A stretch of 64,000 nucleotides of DNA from Podarcis tiliguerta (lineage: Eukaryota): NCBI GenBank assembly GCA_965153285.1, contig OZ229115.1; one strand, 5' to 3'. Below, piece by piece: positions 39,201 to 50,109 of the stretch. The position numbers and the translations under genes were made by a program. Within the stretch, counting starts at the first letter, position 1. Every line of letters begins with the position of its first letter. The notes under the pieces were generated by a model. The model was not told the origin of the DNA. It ran no database searches and saw only the letters and a list, made by a program, of their open reading frames with translations.

Positions 39201-41573
39201 CTTCAAACAAGAGTCAATGGTCGCTTCCTTCAAATTATGTGTTTCTGGATTTGTCTAATTTAAGTTAGTGAAAAGCACCACTGGTAGAAAGAGCATCTAT
39301 ACTATACTATCATTATGCAAAGAAGCTTTCTCCAGAGGCATTTGTACAGGGCTATGCACAAATCAGATCAATCAAATGTGGCAAAGGGAATGGCATGAAC
39401 AAAACTCAGTCATGGAGCAACTGCCATATTGCAGAATGGCTAGGCCTGTGGATAATTCGCAGTTAGATTCAGCTGGTTTTTCACTATCAATGCTGCATGT
39501 TGCTTGTCACGGATGCAAGGGAAGCTAAGGAATTTCTGGTCTAGGAATCCAAATCTTGACAGCAAACCTTTTCTGATCCAAATGGCCCACAACAGAGGAT
39601 AAGGGGGATGCAGTACAGTTCAAAGCACAGCTTCACAGAAGTATCCTCAGAGCGCCATGGGGTTCCAATGAAAGGAGCCTGCGTCACAGCAAACAAGTAA
39701 TCACAGCAACATTTTACACACTGGAACTATCCACAACAGGAGATCTACAGCTGTGAACTTTTTCCACTTCTACTTGTATGCCAACTCTTCCCAGCCAGCT
39801 TTTTTGCCACACACCAAGCAGCCAACCGAAAGACAATATTGCAAAGCCCCACTTGGCAAATGCCAGCCAGCTGAGAGGATAAACTGTGATTCAAGGAAAT
39901 ACAAGTGATAAATCAGAATATCGCTTTTTTACACTGTTTGTTGCAGTACCTAGTTCTAACATGCATAATTTAAAGTAAAATAGTATCACTGAGCATTTTT
40001 TAATCTCGAAGATATATCCAAATATAAATTTGTAGCAAAACAAAACGTCCAACCAAAGAGCTCCACAAAGTTTAGTGCTCTTTTCAGTGCAACATCCCCA
40101 AAACCTAGATCATGTGTGCCCTCTGCTTTATGTAGCTTACAAGCCATCACTCCAACTATGGGACAGCCAACAGATTTTTTTCTTTTTTCTTTTAAAGCTG
40201 AGCAAATGTCAGCATCAAAAGCAATAAATAAGTACAAGCCCAACCGTGCAGGTTCTCAGGGGATGTTCTTGATTTGGGCTGAGATGGGCTGGTTACAAAA
40301 AGGGGATTTCCCTTCTTTAAATGTTTAACAGCTGCAGGTCTTGATGGATCTCCTTTTTGCTACAAGCCTCTGGAAGGCAGAAGCAAGGAGAGAAGGGGAG
40401 GGGGCAGAAGGCTAAGGTTGAGGCATTTTTCCCTTTCCAGTCCCCCTTCAGTGTGTGAAACAGGTGGGTAAACTTTACTGGCATTCATGTGAGTGTGGGT
40501 TTTATTTAAAAGGGAGTGGGAGGGTGGAAGAGTGAAGTTGCTTCTATTGTTGAACAAAATCCAAGAGTAGTTTAGGACCACACATGGAGCTGGGGTTGTG
40601 CAGGGGGAGGAGGTGTGGAACGCCAAAGATCGCTGACAGTCATCACAGAGAAACATCTGCTCTTGGAAAGCTCCCAGGCTGCTTGCAATTTTTTTTGTTT
40701 AAAAAAAGAATAAAAATAAAATAAAAATCCTAGGGTGTGAAAACTCAGCGCAACCTGGTGTTGGAAAAGAGAGGAGACTGCAATAAGCAGGGGATGGAAA
40801 GCAAGGAGCAAACCCCAGGCACTGCCACATGGATTGACGGCAGTGCTGAGAATGGAGGGGGCAGCATAGCATGCTGAACTTATTAATAACAAAGGCATCA
40901 TTTTTATCAAATGTTTCCAGTAGGAAATTAGGATTTGCTCCTGGTGACCCCTTTTGCTTTCGGCTATTTGCATTCAACCCAATTCCATTCTCAGCTGGCA
41001 GGCAAGTGTAACCCAAGTTAAACTTCAACTGACAGCTCTGCTGTAGACAGTAATTATCCTCTCCTTCAGCACCACCCTCAGAAAGGTAATTTAGGATTTT
41101 AATGTCAATAATGCAATGCAGCAAGCAGGGCCCGGTGGCAAGAAAAGCCATATTATCTGAGATGGGGGAAATAATTTAATTGCACTTGTCTATGTGGGGG
41201 CATGTATTTGCACCGATAGGGATCTGGACTGCACACACGGCATGGCGAACACAGGCACACACATGCAGAGCAGCATAGGAAGGTTTATGCACACTCGCAC
41301 ACACTCTTGCGGAACAAGTTCAAAGTAGAAATCTCTCTCTATAACACCACAACCACACCAAACCCTTTGGGTTACGGGAGAGGTCTGTCTCCCAATATTT
41401 CTGGTGTATAAATCATTGTTTCTCATAGACTGAGACCAATATAACCAAACAAGATTGAATCCAAAAAAAGGGAAGAAAATTTCATGCCTGGACAGGAAAT
41501 CAGTGAGGATCACCACAACACCTTTCTTTCTAGAAGGTGGTCTGAAGGTATAGGATGAGTGAGATTCTATTGC

Positions 41574-41700
41574 TGAAGCAAAACAGGTTAAGCACTGTAT
41601 AGTGCTTGGATGGGAGACTGCCTGGAAACCACATGTAAGGAAACCACTCTGAGCAAGTAAGAGGAAGAATGGGCTGCAAGGCAGGGTGTCATAAATGTGA
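41574..41700 (+). mobile_element. 5S rRNA-derived repeat (SINE3-like) fragment
   Basis: GAAGCAAAACAGG...TAGTGCTTGGATGGGAGACTGCCTGG matches the 5S internal control region; the 5' half of 5S is absent. Confidence 0.7.
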
Positions 41701-42615
41701 TACATCCCATTACTGAGACCTCCAAGAACAGAACTGCCAGGTGCCTCTAAATCCAAACCATAATCATTGGCACAATCTTCAATTATTCAAAAGCACTTAA
41801 GGCAACCCTACATTCTCCAGTTTTATACCATGTCACCCCACAAGTCTACATGTAAATTTAGGGCATGGAAAGTGTCTGTCCCATCATTCAGTATTCACAA
41901 ACAGTGCTCATTACCATCATGGAGAATAGTATTTAACCAACATTCAAAAGAATTCTGCTTTGGGCTCTAAAAATCAGAGAACTGGCTTAAAAACCACTGG
42001 CACAACCCACTGAAAACATTTCTGGAGGAAGCCCCTTCAACTTGAATGGAGTTGCACAAGGGCACTCACACATTATCATCCAGCTCTTATTCATATCAAT
42101 GGGGCTTGCACAGAAGAAGTTCCCAGCATGATTGTTCCCTGTGCAATTATCTTTTTAAATAAAAGAGCTTCTTGTTTTCATCACTTTGCCAGCTGGTCTT
42201 GGAGGCTTTCTAGCCTGTTTGAAAAGTCACATAATTCAAGCTTTTCTCAAGGCTTACAAACTCTTCAATTATCGAAAAAAGTTAAAATGGGGAAACAGGG
42301 ATTTATTGCAAGGCTTGAGGTTTTAAGAGTTCCTCAAACTGGAATACATTTTTATATCCAAGAAAGTGCTCTCTATCCCCCTGTTACTTGGTAGATTCCC
42401 CCAAGATGCCAATTCCAAGAAACTGTGTGCAAATCTGGATTTACACACGTGTGGAGCTTAGAGAGGGGCCCCTTTGCTAGCAACTCCCTTTAAAAGGCTA
42501 TTCTAGGCCTTTTGCTTCCACTATGTTTGACAACTGCTCCACCATCACCCAACAATGTCCTAAAGCGCTATGCAGCCCTCCCAGTATTCACATACACTCA
42601 CAAAATGGAACTTAC

Positions 42616-42808
42616 CTTCCACCCAGAGTTGCTCAATATCCGTTTCTATGGAGGCTACTCGCAGCCCTACAGCCAGCGTCCCAAAGACCAGCAGCCCCAC
42701 AAAAAGTACTTTGCCACAGTGACGATGGATCCAACAGCCCAGTGTAAACAGCAGGGCCTGGAACTGGGCCCGCAGCCACAGCGGGGCTTTCTGGCCCACA
42801 GCCTTACC
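42616..42808 (-). CDS. PTCH2: PTCH2 exon 2 (193 nt): [13 protein letters not shown]...TM1...IEQLWVE
   Basis: Acceptor CCCCAG|GGT, donor GAAG|GTAAGT; KAPLWLR motif and first TM helix. Confidence 0.96.
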
Positions 42809-43900
42809 CTGGGGAGAGAAATGGAGAGTTAGCCAAGACACTGTTGCTACAGGGAACAGCAACATCCTGCCCCAGGGTAGCTGGCACTGGGGTTAAAGCA
42901 GACCTCAAGCCTTTGGGAGCAAGCATTTCAGCAAGAACCTTGCCATAGATTATTTGTGGGGGCATATATGTGCATGCCTGCCTGTCCCTGCAGCGCTTCC
43001 ATCTGCTCCGAACTTGTGAAGGCCAGTGCCCATATCCTCCCAGTCTGCAGAAAGATGAACTCCTGAGTGACAGCTGTAGATGTGGGTGAATCCCCTACTC
43101 AGAGTGGAGAAACAGGCCACTGGGAAGCTCCTGCCACCATCCATGTGTTATGTATGTGAGGTTGCTGAGCAGGAATCTCCCTCCTCTGTTCCTCAGCGGT
43201 GGTCTGCTTCCCTTCCCCAGTTCCAGATACACTCCTCACCTTCAGAGCAACCCAGCAGCTGAAGTGCCCTGTTAGAATTGAGCCCTGCAAAAGGCAACCC
43301 GGTATGTTAAGGAGTCCTACCACAGTCTAGTTTCCAGCTCTGGGGAGAGCAGATGTCCGTTGCACCCTTTCCTCAGGTGCGTCCTTCTGACCTGTCAAGT
43401 TTCCTTGCTTTCCCTTGCGGGAGACTCCCCCATTGTCTCCCTTCCTCTCCTTCCACCGACTCAGCGACTCAAGTCCACCCGCCTCCCTTTCTCGCTCCTG
43501 AGCGAAACGCTCCACGCAGACCCACCCCCGAGCCGCCGTCTCCCCTCGCAGATCCGATCCGGGGCTGGCCTCTCCCGCGCGTCCCTCCTGGACGGCTCCC
43601 CGGCGTCTCCCCTTTCCATAAACAAACTCCAGGGGCCACGGCGCGGGCTCGCTCTGGAGCGCGCCGGCCAAAGCCTGCCCCCTTCCTTCATTCCCTGGCC
43701 CCAAAGAAGCCGAAAGCTTCGAAGAGGACCCCCTTTCCCAGCCCCCCCCCCGGGCCCAAAAGAGCCGATCCCTCGCCTTTTTTGTCCCCTTCCTTGCAGC
43801 TGCTTGCGCGCCTCTCTCCCGGGTGGACGGGGTCGCCCCAACTTTACTTCTCGTCCCCCCCCCCCACCCGTGGGAAAGCGCCTTCGCCCCATTCCCTTAC

Positions 43901-44062
43901 CTTGGAGATCTGTTTGAGGGCAAAGGCAGCGTGGCAGTAGCTGGGTCTCCGGAGAAGATCCGAGCTGGCAGTTGCCGCCGCCGCCGTGGCCGCCGCCGCG
44001 TAAGACGGCGGGAGTTCTCCCCGGAAGCCCCCGGCCCCCGGGACCGGCCGATCCGAAGCCAT
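43901..44062 (-). CDS. PTCH2: PTCH2 coding exon 1 (162 nt): MASDRPVPG...ELPPSY...DLLRRPSYCHAAFALKQISK
   Basis: ATG in strong Kozak context (AGCATGG), patched N-terminal RPSYC-AAFAL motif, donor AAG|GTAAGG, phase 0. Confidence 0.93.
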
Positions 44063-44461
44063 GCTCCAGGGTCGAGCGAGGACGGTGCTGGCGGGAGGCG
44101 CAGGGGCGCAGGCGGCTTCCCGGGAGCGGTAATCCAGAGGGGAGAAGCGCGGGGTCGGAGGCTTCAGAGGAGTGGCTGCTGCGGGGATCCCATGTGGACA
44201 TTATGGGGGCGAATCCGAGGCCATCCAAGCGCGCCCCATGCGCCCTCGGCGCCTCCCAGCGTGGCCCCTTCGACGCGCGGCAGCAGACGGCGATCGAAAG
44301 CTCACACAGCCCCCGAAAGGAGAGGCGCCCTGGTGCCCGGCGGTGCAGTGCGCCTCGGATCGCGTCCCACCAACATTTGGAACAAACAGTCTCCTTCGAG
44401 ATCCTGAAAAGAGGAGCGGGGGGAGGAAGGTTTGGTTTGATGGGAAAGTGCCCCGGTTCCC

Positions 44462-44592
44462 ATTGGCCGAGGAAGAGGCAAATTACTCCGCAAACATCTC
44501 CTATTATTAGCTGCTAAGCAACAGCTCACCAAAGTGGAGAGAGAAGAGACCACCCAGGCAGCGCCCTCCCCCGCCTCCCTCCTCCCCGCCTC
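44462..44592 (-). promoter_or_regulatory. Proximal promoter: CCAAT box (44462-44466) and two Sp/KLF GC boxes (44569-44578, 44584-44592)
   Basis: ATTGG on the plus strand reads CCAAT on the gene strand; two CCCCGCCTC motifs lie beside the GLI site. Confidence 0.6.
44548..44556 (+). promoter_or_regulatory. Perfect GLI consensus site GACCACCCA in the PTCH2 promoter
   Basis: Exact 9-mer about 490 bp upstream of the ATG; patched genes are established direct GLI targets. Confidence 0.85.
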
Positions 44593-45411
44593 AAATCAAT
44601 GAGGGCAGAGGGAGGGAGAGACTTGCCTTCAACACAGGAATTCTGCTCCACAGATTTTCAAATGCTGCCCGTTGCCCCCTCCCAGCTGCCCCCCTCCCAA
44701 ATCCAAACCAGCTCCTTTATTTATTATTGCAAGCGGACGCAGCGATGTAGTGGGACAGCTGCAAACTTTGCGGGCGGCGGGGGGGGACGGGGACACACAG
44801 GGTGGACTCTCCAGGATTTTGGGGAGAAAAGGGTAAAAACTTTGGGGTTTGCTGTTTTGGTTTTTTAAAAGGCAGGTGGAGAGGAGTGATTTATTGAAAA
44901 AGCTTAAATAGGTATAAACAGAGGGAGAAGCCAAAGTGGCACTATCACCTTAATCAAGGGGGGGGGGGGGACACAACACAACACAACTTTTCTTATCCTG
45001 TGATGGCTTTGTAATGACTTTTTGAGCTGTGTGTGTGTGATCTAACATGCACACACATATACGCACAACCTTTCCCTCACCAGGACTTGTAAAGCACACA
45101 GGGGCAAAAGGCCTTTGAACATGTACAGAGTGCTGTAGTCCCCGTCCCTTGCACTGATAAACTCTGATTATTCTGCACACCCCATGGACAGAGGGAATGC
45201 CTTCCATGTGAGCAGGCATGAGTTCCAAACAAAACAGAGCCTCAACACCTGTCGCTTAGAAATTAAGTCAAATCACATGGCATAGATTCTTGAACTCAAT
45301 ACATTTGTATCTTGAACAGATACAAATCCAAGAAAACAAATTTATCAAATCTTTAAACAACACAAACCAAGGAACTCTTGCTTCAAAAGCATGTAGGGTT
45401 CCTAAAGCGGC

Positions 45412-45453
<42 letters not shown>
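45412..45453. repeat. (AAT)n microsatellite
   Basis: About 14 units. Confidence 0.97.
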
Positions 45454-47953
45454 GTCAACATCAGAAACAAAACTGTATTTCCATAAAAATTGAATAACTA
45501 ATTATTTTGGCCATATGGATGGGCCAAAATATGAGCCAGGGTCCTCCAGACTTTCAAATTATAACCTATTTTCAATGGTTTAGGGATCATATAATCCCAT
45601 ATCTAGGAGTATATACTTAAGTCATATAGAATTGCACTGCCAGTCTTGGAAACAGGGGAGGAATAATCCCTGAACATGTGCAAAGTACTCATCATTGAGT
45701 AATAATCACTAGCCTTCATACGCCTTGGAGCAGTGACAACTTTATCCAGTTTTTTTGGGAGTGGGGAGGGGGGTTGAGGAAAGGATGGGTTTCTCGTCTG
45801 TGTGACATCCAGGCAGGCCTGAAACCCAAGAATTTCATTTTGGAAATTTACTGACAAACTTTCCTTTGACCAAACCCACAAGAAAGCCAGGAAACACAAA
45901 GCCAGCTGCAAAGTCAGTGCCTCACTTTCCACCACTGAGAAACTACAACCAGGCTGGTGGTCCACAAAGGGGCAGGATTGTACCACCCCCTACATCATAC
46001 TCAGAACCTCATACATTTTTTTCCTAAAGTAACCTTGAAATACTCTTCTCTGACACAGAAAAAAAGTGACAGGTTTCAATTAGCAGGTGATGAGCTCCCA
46101 TTAGGTCTGTTTTCTCTCAGCCGGGTAAGATGCCCATTATACCTTCCTTTGCCAGAGAAGAAGGCAGCAGCAAAATTAACAGAAAACCAATGAACAACCT
46201 GGATTCTAGCTGCAGAACCTGGACTGGAAGAAAACAGACCCACTATGTGGGAGGGACTAATCTGGCTCGGAGATGGCAGCCTGAGTAATCATGTGACTCA
46301 CTCTGGGCTGAAGTGAAGGCCTGTACACATGACACATGTACACATGCAGTGAGGTCATTGCATTTCACTGCATTTCCCACCATGTTTGCACATTGTTGTA
46401 CTCATGAACATAGTTTGATGCCTATCTACGTCGCCCGTTGTATATCTCCACTGGTAGACAGGGTGGGACTTTTCTTACCCAATGAGCAAGTCTCAATTTG
46501 GATTGAAGCTGGTTTGGAGGGAAATGCATCAAAACGTATGTATACACAATTTCCAAAACCAGTGGCAGGAGTGTACTGGATGCAAAGTAAATGGGAGTGT
46601 GCATTAATATGGAAAACCAAAACCAAAGCCAGTAGCGTTTAATTGCACTTCTCCATCCTCCTTTGATGGAGGCACAATCACTGCTGTTCCCATATTAGGA
46701 AACAATAGATTGCTGCTTTGATGAATATTTGGGAATGTAAATTTTACAGAAGAACTTGGGTGGTAAGGAAGAAGAAACGTATTACATATTGGAGACCGTT
46801 TATCTGGTTTTTTGTGTTAGGGTTTATGCATGTGTAGTACAGCGTGAATGCATGTACATGCTATGTTTTGAAATAAATGTGAGTATTATGTAGTGGCTTT
46901 TTGGGGAAGTATGTATGGAACTGGACACTGACAAAATTATAAAAGTGAAACATTTTATTTCTTCTGAAGTGATCAAGTGGGAACTAGAGAAGATTTCAAA
47001 CTAGATAGACAGATGTTTAAAAAATCCTATTGGGGGCTTCCTTGGATGGTCAGCCAGACCTGAAACAACACCCACTACCTTTAAAATCCAGTAATCTTCT
47101 TCACAGTGTTCTACTCTCTCCCTCACCCTCATCCCTACCCTGCCCTGTGCTCCTACCAACAACCAGGGTGAGGAAAATGCATTATTGACGTAACTCTGTC
47201 TTTACTATTATCTGTGATAGATGGTTTCATGTTTTTGCTGGGGGAAAAGTTTGTGGGATCCACAATATTTGATTCCAGAACAATTGCCTACCTTCAGCAT
47301 CCCCCAAAAGTGGCCTTTTATCACTATATCCCCCTCTGCTCACCCTTTTCTTCACCAAGATCATACATACTCTGAAACATCAGAAAATAAGCAAAAATTA
47401 CAATAGGATTTAAAAGTTTCTGAAAGGCCTCAGTCCCCATTAGCACAGTATTGCTCCCGATCCTTCCTCTGAGGCAATGGGATGCTGACATATTTAAGGC
47501 AGTCGAGGTAATGAGAACAAGCCCTCCGCATAACATCCCACACATTCTGTCTGTCTCTGTGTGCACAGCACCAGCTGAAGGATGACTCTTTCCCACCCAC
47601 CCGCCCCCACTATATCCTGAAATGCAACTTCCTTACAACTACTAGCTTGCTGGGGTCCCAGTCAGCAATGTAAGTGAGGGCCCTGGTTTTTCCCATCTAA
47701 GAGCAATTCATCTGTCATCTACTGGCTAGTTGCCTATTTGGTATTACTGTTTAACGCTGGGGCTTCTGGGCTTCTTTCACAAAAGCCTAAAAACAAACCT
47801 CCACCGCCTATCCCCTTTTTTGAAACACACATCACCCACAGGAAACGATGAGCCTCCGAGGATGATGGTCTTTGCAGAACAATGGCAGTGGCCAATTTTG
47901 CTCTGTGCTGTTGGCCATGCATCCTGGCTTTCTCTCTGGTGGTGCAGCTAGCG

Positions 47954-48091
47954 CAGGTGTGGGAAACCTTTGGCCCTCCAGATGTTGCCGAACCACAACT
48001 CCCATCAGTCCCAACAAGCCTCAGCAGTGGCCAGGAACGATGAGAGTTGTAGTTCAGTAACATCTGGGAGGTCAAAGGTTCACGACACCAG
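47954..48091. mobile_element. Short hairpin-type hAT MITE
   Basis: Internal inverted repeat (CCAGATGTT...ACAACTC / GAGTTGT...AACATCTGG); TSD AGCTAGCG / AGCTAGTG differs by one CpG transition. Confidence 0.8.
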
Positions 48092-48629
48092 AGCTAGTGT
48101 CAAAACCCACAGCTCTAGGGATCTCCAAGATGACAACCTAGAGAGAAGCAGATGTTGTGAACACTGGCAAATAGGCCTGGCACTAGCACCTGGGCCAGTG
48201 TGGGGATGCCAGGTCTCGTAGACTGACGCTGGTTACTGTTTTGGCATAGTGAAGTAGAGAAAGAGAAAGAGAAAAATTAGTTGTGTGCTTCACTATTTAG
48301 GGAATATGCATGGCCATCTAAAAGTACCTGGCTGCATTCACTGTTTCCATTCTACAGGGACAGCAGCTGGTGCTGCAGCAGAAGGAAGTGTCAGATCTTA
48401 CATTAAGCACCTGCAAGAATAGTTTGCCCGCAAATGCTGGTCCTGAACAGCATTACTTTCCCCTAAATAAGGTGGCATGTAAAGTCTAATTAATGGGCAG
48501 TAATGATTTTCTTCTGGAATATTGCTATACCTTTTGGTGTCTGCCCCCCTTCTGGGGCAGTGAATCCCATAGGATCGATCTGGTCTTCCTTCACCTCTCC
48601 ACTCTAGTGGTTGGCCCCCTTTTTAACAA

Positions 48630-48760
48630 AAGGGATGGGAACCATTGGCCCTCCAGATATTATTGGATTCCCACCAGCCCCAAACATCACAGCCAATGTT
48701 CAGGGATGATGAGTATTGGAGTCCAACAACATTAGAAGGACCGCAGGTTCCTAATCCTTG
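48630..48760. mobile_element. Second, more diverged copy of the hairpin hAT MITE family
   Basis: GGCCCTCCAGAT...CCCACCAGCCC...GGGATGATGAG...CAGGTTCC shared with 47954-48091. Confidence 0.7.
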
Positions 48761-49599
48761 CCAGACTGTTAAACAGTGGAGAGCAGTACCACTTGTCCTG
48801 CTTCCCTTCCTTTCCCTTTGATGAGTGTGTATACAGAATAGTACCATGCCATCTTATTGTCTCCTTTTCAGAAGCTACAGGCTCATACTAGTTCTTTTTG
48901 TAAGTCTTTACAGCTTCCGTTTCTGAGCACACATCTTCCCCAACCCCTTATACAGCTTCACAACCATCATTTGGTCTCAATATTCAGGGGGGGTTCATTT
49001 CTCTCACCAGCAAAGGCCTGGCTTGGAGGAGGCCTTTCCTCTCACTTCATGATCCCAGTTCTGCTTTATCTGAATTAATGTTCACTGGACATCAGTGGTA
49101 GCTGGAACCCATCAAACCTGGTGGGACTGCTGGATGCCTTCTGCAATGTGAGGAAAAAAATATGTGAAACGCTGTGATGAAAGCTACCACTTGCATATCT
49201 AATGTTATACACTAATCCTAGAGAGGACTATAATAACTGCAACAGCTTCATGGCTCCACTAACTCAGTTGGTCAATGAGAAGGACCCAGAACACAAAAAG
49301 GAGCGAGAACCCCCCTAGTGGACAATGGTGGGATAAGCTGCCACAGAATGTAAATTTGGTGTTATTCTCCCTCCCTCCCCTTGCATAAATTAGTGGCAAA
49401 TTACCAAGGGAAGTCTGTACTGCACAGGCACTGAAAGTTTTCAGAATATGATATGCTGATAAATTCTGACAATGAGAAGGAATGAGCTGAAACTGATAAA
49501 TGCTGAGATTTCAGAAAATAGCTCTATATTTTTAGAGGGGTACCTGCGTTAATCTGCTGCTGCAAAAGTGAAAAAGCATTGTAGCACCTTAAAGACTAA

Positions 49600-49874
49600 A
49601 GGCTTGTCCACACTTCCTCTGGTCCAACTGTTCCCCCTCACCCCCACCTCCGGGGAAACCGCTCTTTAGTGCTCAATTGAAGCAAATGTCAATTTGGGTT
49701 TTCCCTAGACAGCCACTTGTTCCAATCTTTCGCCAAAGAGCGAGTTTTCCCTTGGAAAGGGGTGGGGCAAGTTGGAAACCGTTTGGACCTGTGCCTAGAA
49801 AGCCTGGGTCAAGCAGAAAACCACTCAGACCCGTGCTTTCCAGGCACAACACAAATGGAAGTGTGGGTGAGCCC
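49600..49874. mobile_element. PIF/Harbinger-like palindromic MITE
   Basis: TIRs GGCTTGTCCACACTTCC / GGAAGTGTGGGTGAGCC with flanking TAA on both sides. Confidence 0.7.
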
Positions 49875-50109
49875 TAACACATCCCATCAACTACAGCCAA
49901 GCCCTGTAATACAGCTGCACCTCTTCTGACCCATTGGATGGAGATGCACAATTCCAGCCATTTATTACATTGCAGTATCTACCAAATGCAGTGAAATGGT
50001 ATCCAGGAATAATATGCTACAGGAGAACACCACTGGCAGCCACCTTGGTAAAAATAACTGTAAGCTATAATCAAGGATTACCATCAGCCCAATGAAATCC
50101 AACATTCTG

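Larger units (their letters stand above)
267..44062 (-). other. PTCH2: PTCH2 gene span, coding exons 1-15 (3' part lies outside the window)
   Basis: 15 exons splice in frame with GT-AG sites. The translation carries paralog-diagnostic PTCH2 strings ([43 protein letters not shown]) rather than the PTCH1 equivalents. Confidence 0.96.
43400..44800. promoter_or_regulatory. CpG island covering the PTCH2 promoter, exon 1 and the start of intron 1
   Basis: Abrupt rise in GC and CpG density against a CpG-depleted background; boundaries approximate. Confidence 0.9.

Noticed and set aside
41574-41636. Functional 5S rRNA gene
   Set aside because: Only the 3' half is present, diverged and followed by a SINE-like tail.
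267-44062. Assignment as PTCH1
   Set aside because: Exon sizes are largely shared between the paralogs, but diagnostic peptides and the loop lacking PPPY fit PTCH2.
43327-44553. Several long overlapping ORFs (181-255 aa) on both strands
   Set aside because: Expected from stop-codon scarcity in a CpG island; low-complexity Pro/Arg/Gly translations with no recognisable domain. Only the ATG at 44201 is kept, as a uORF candidate.
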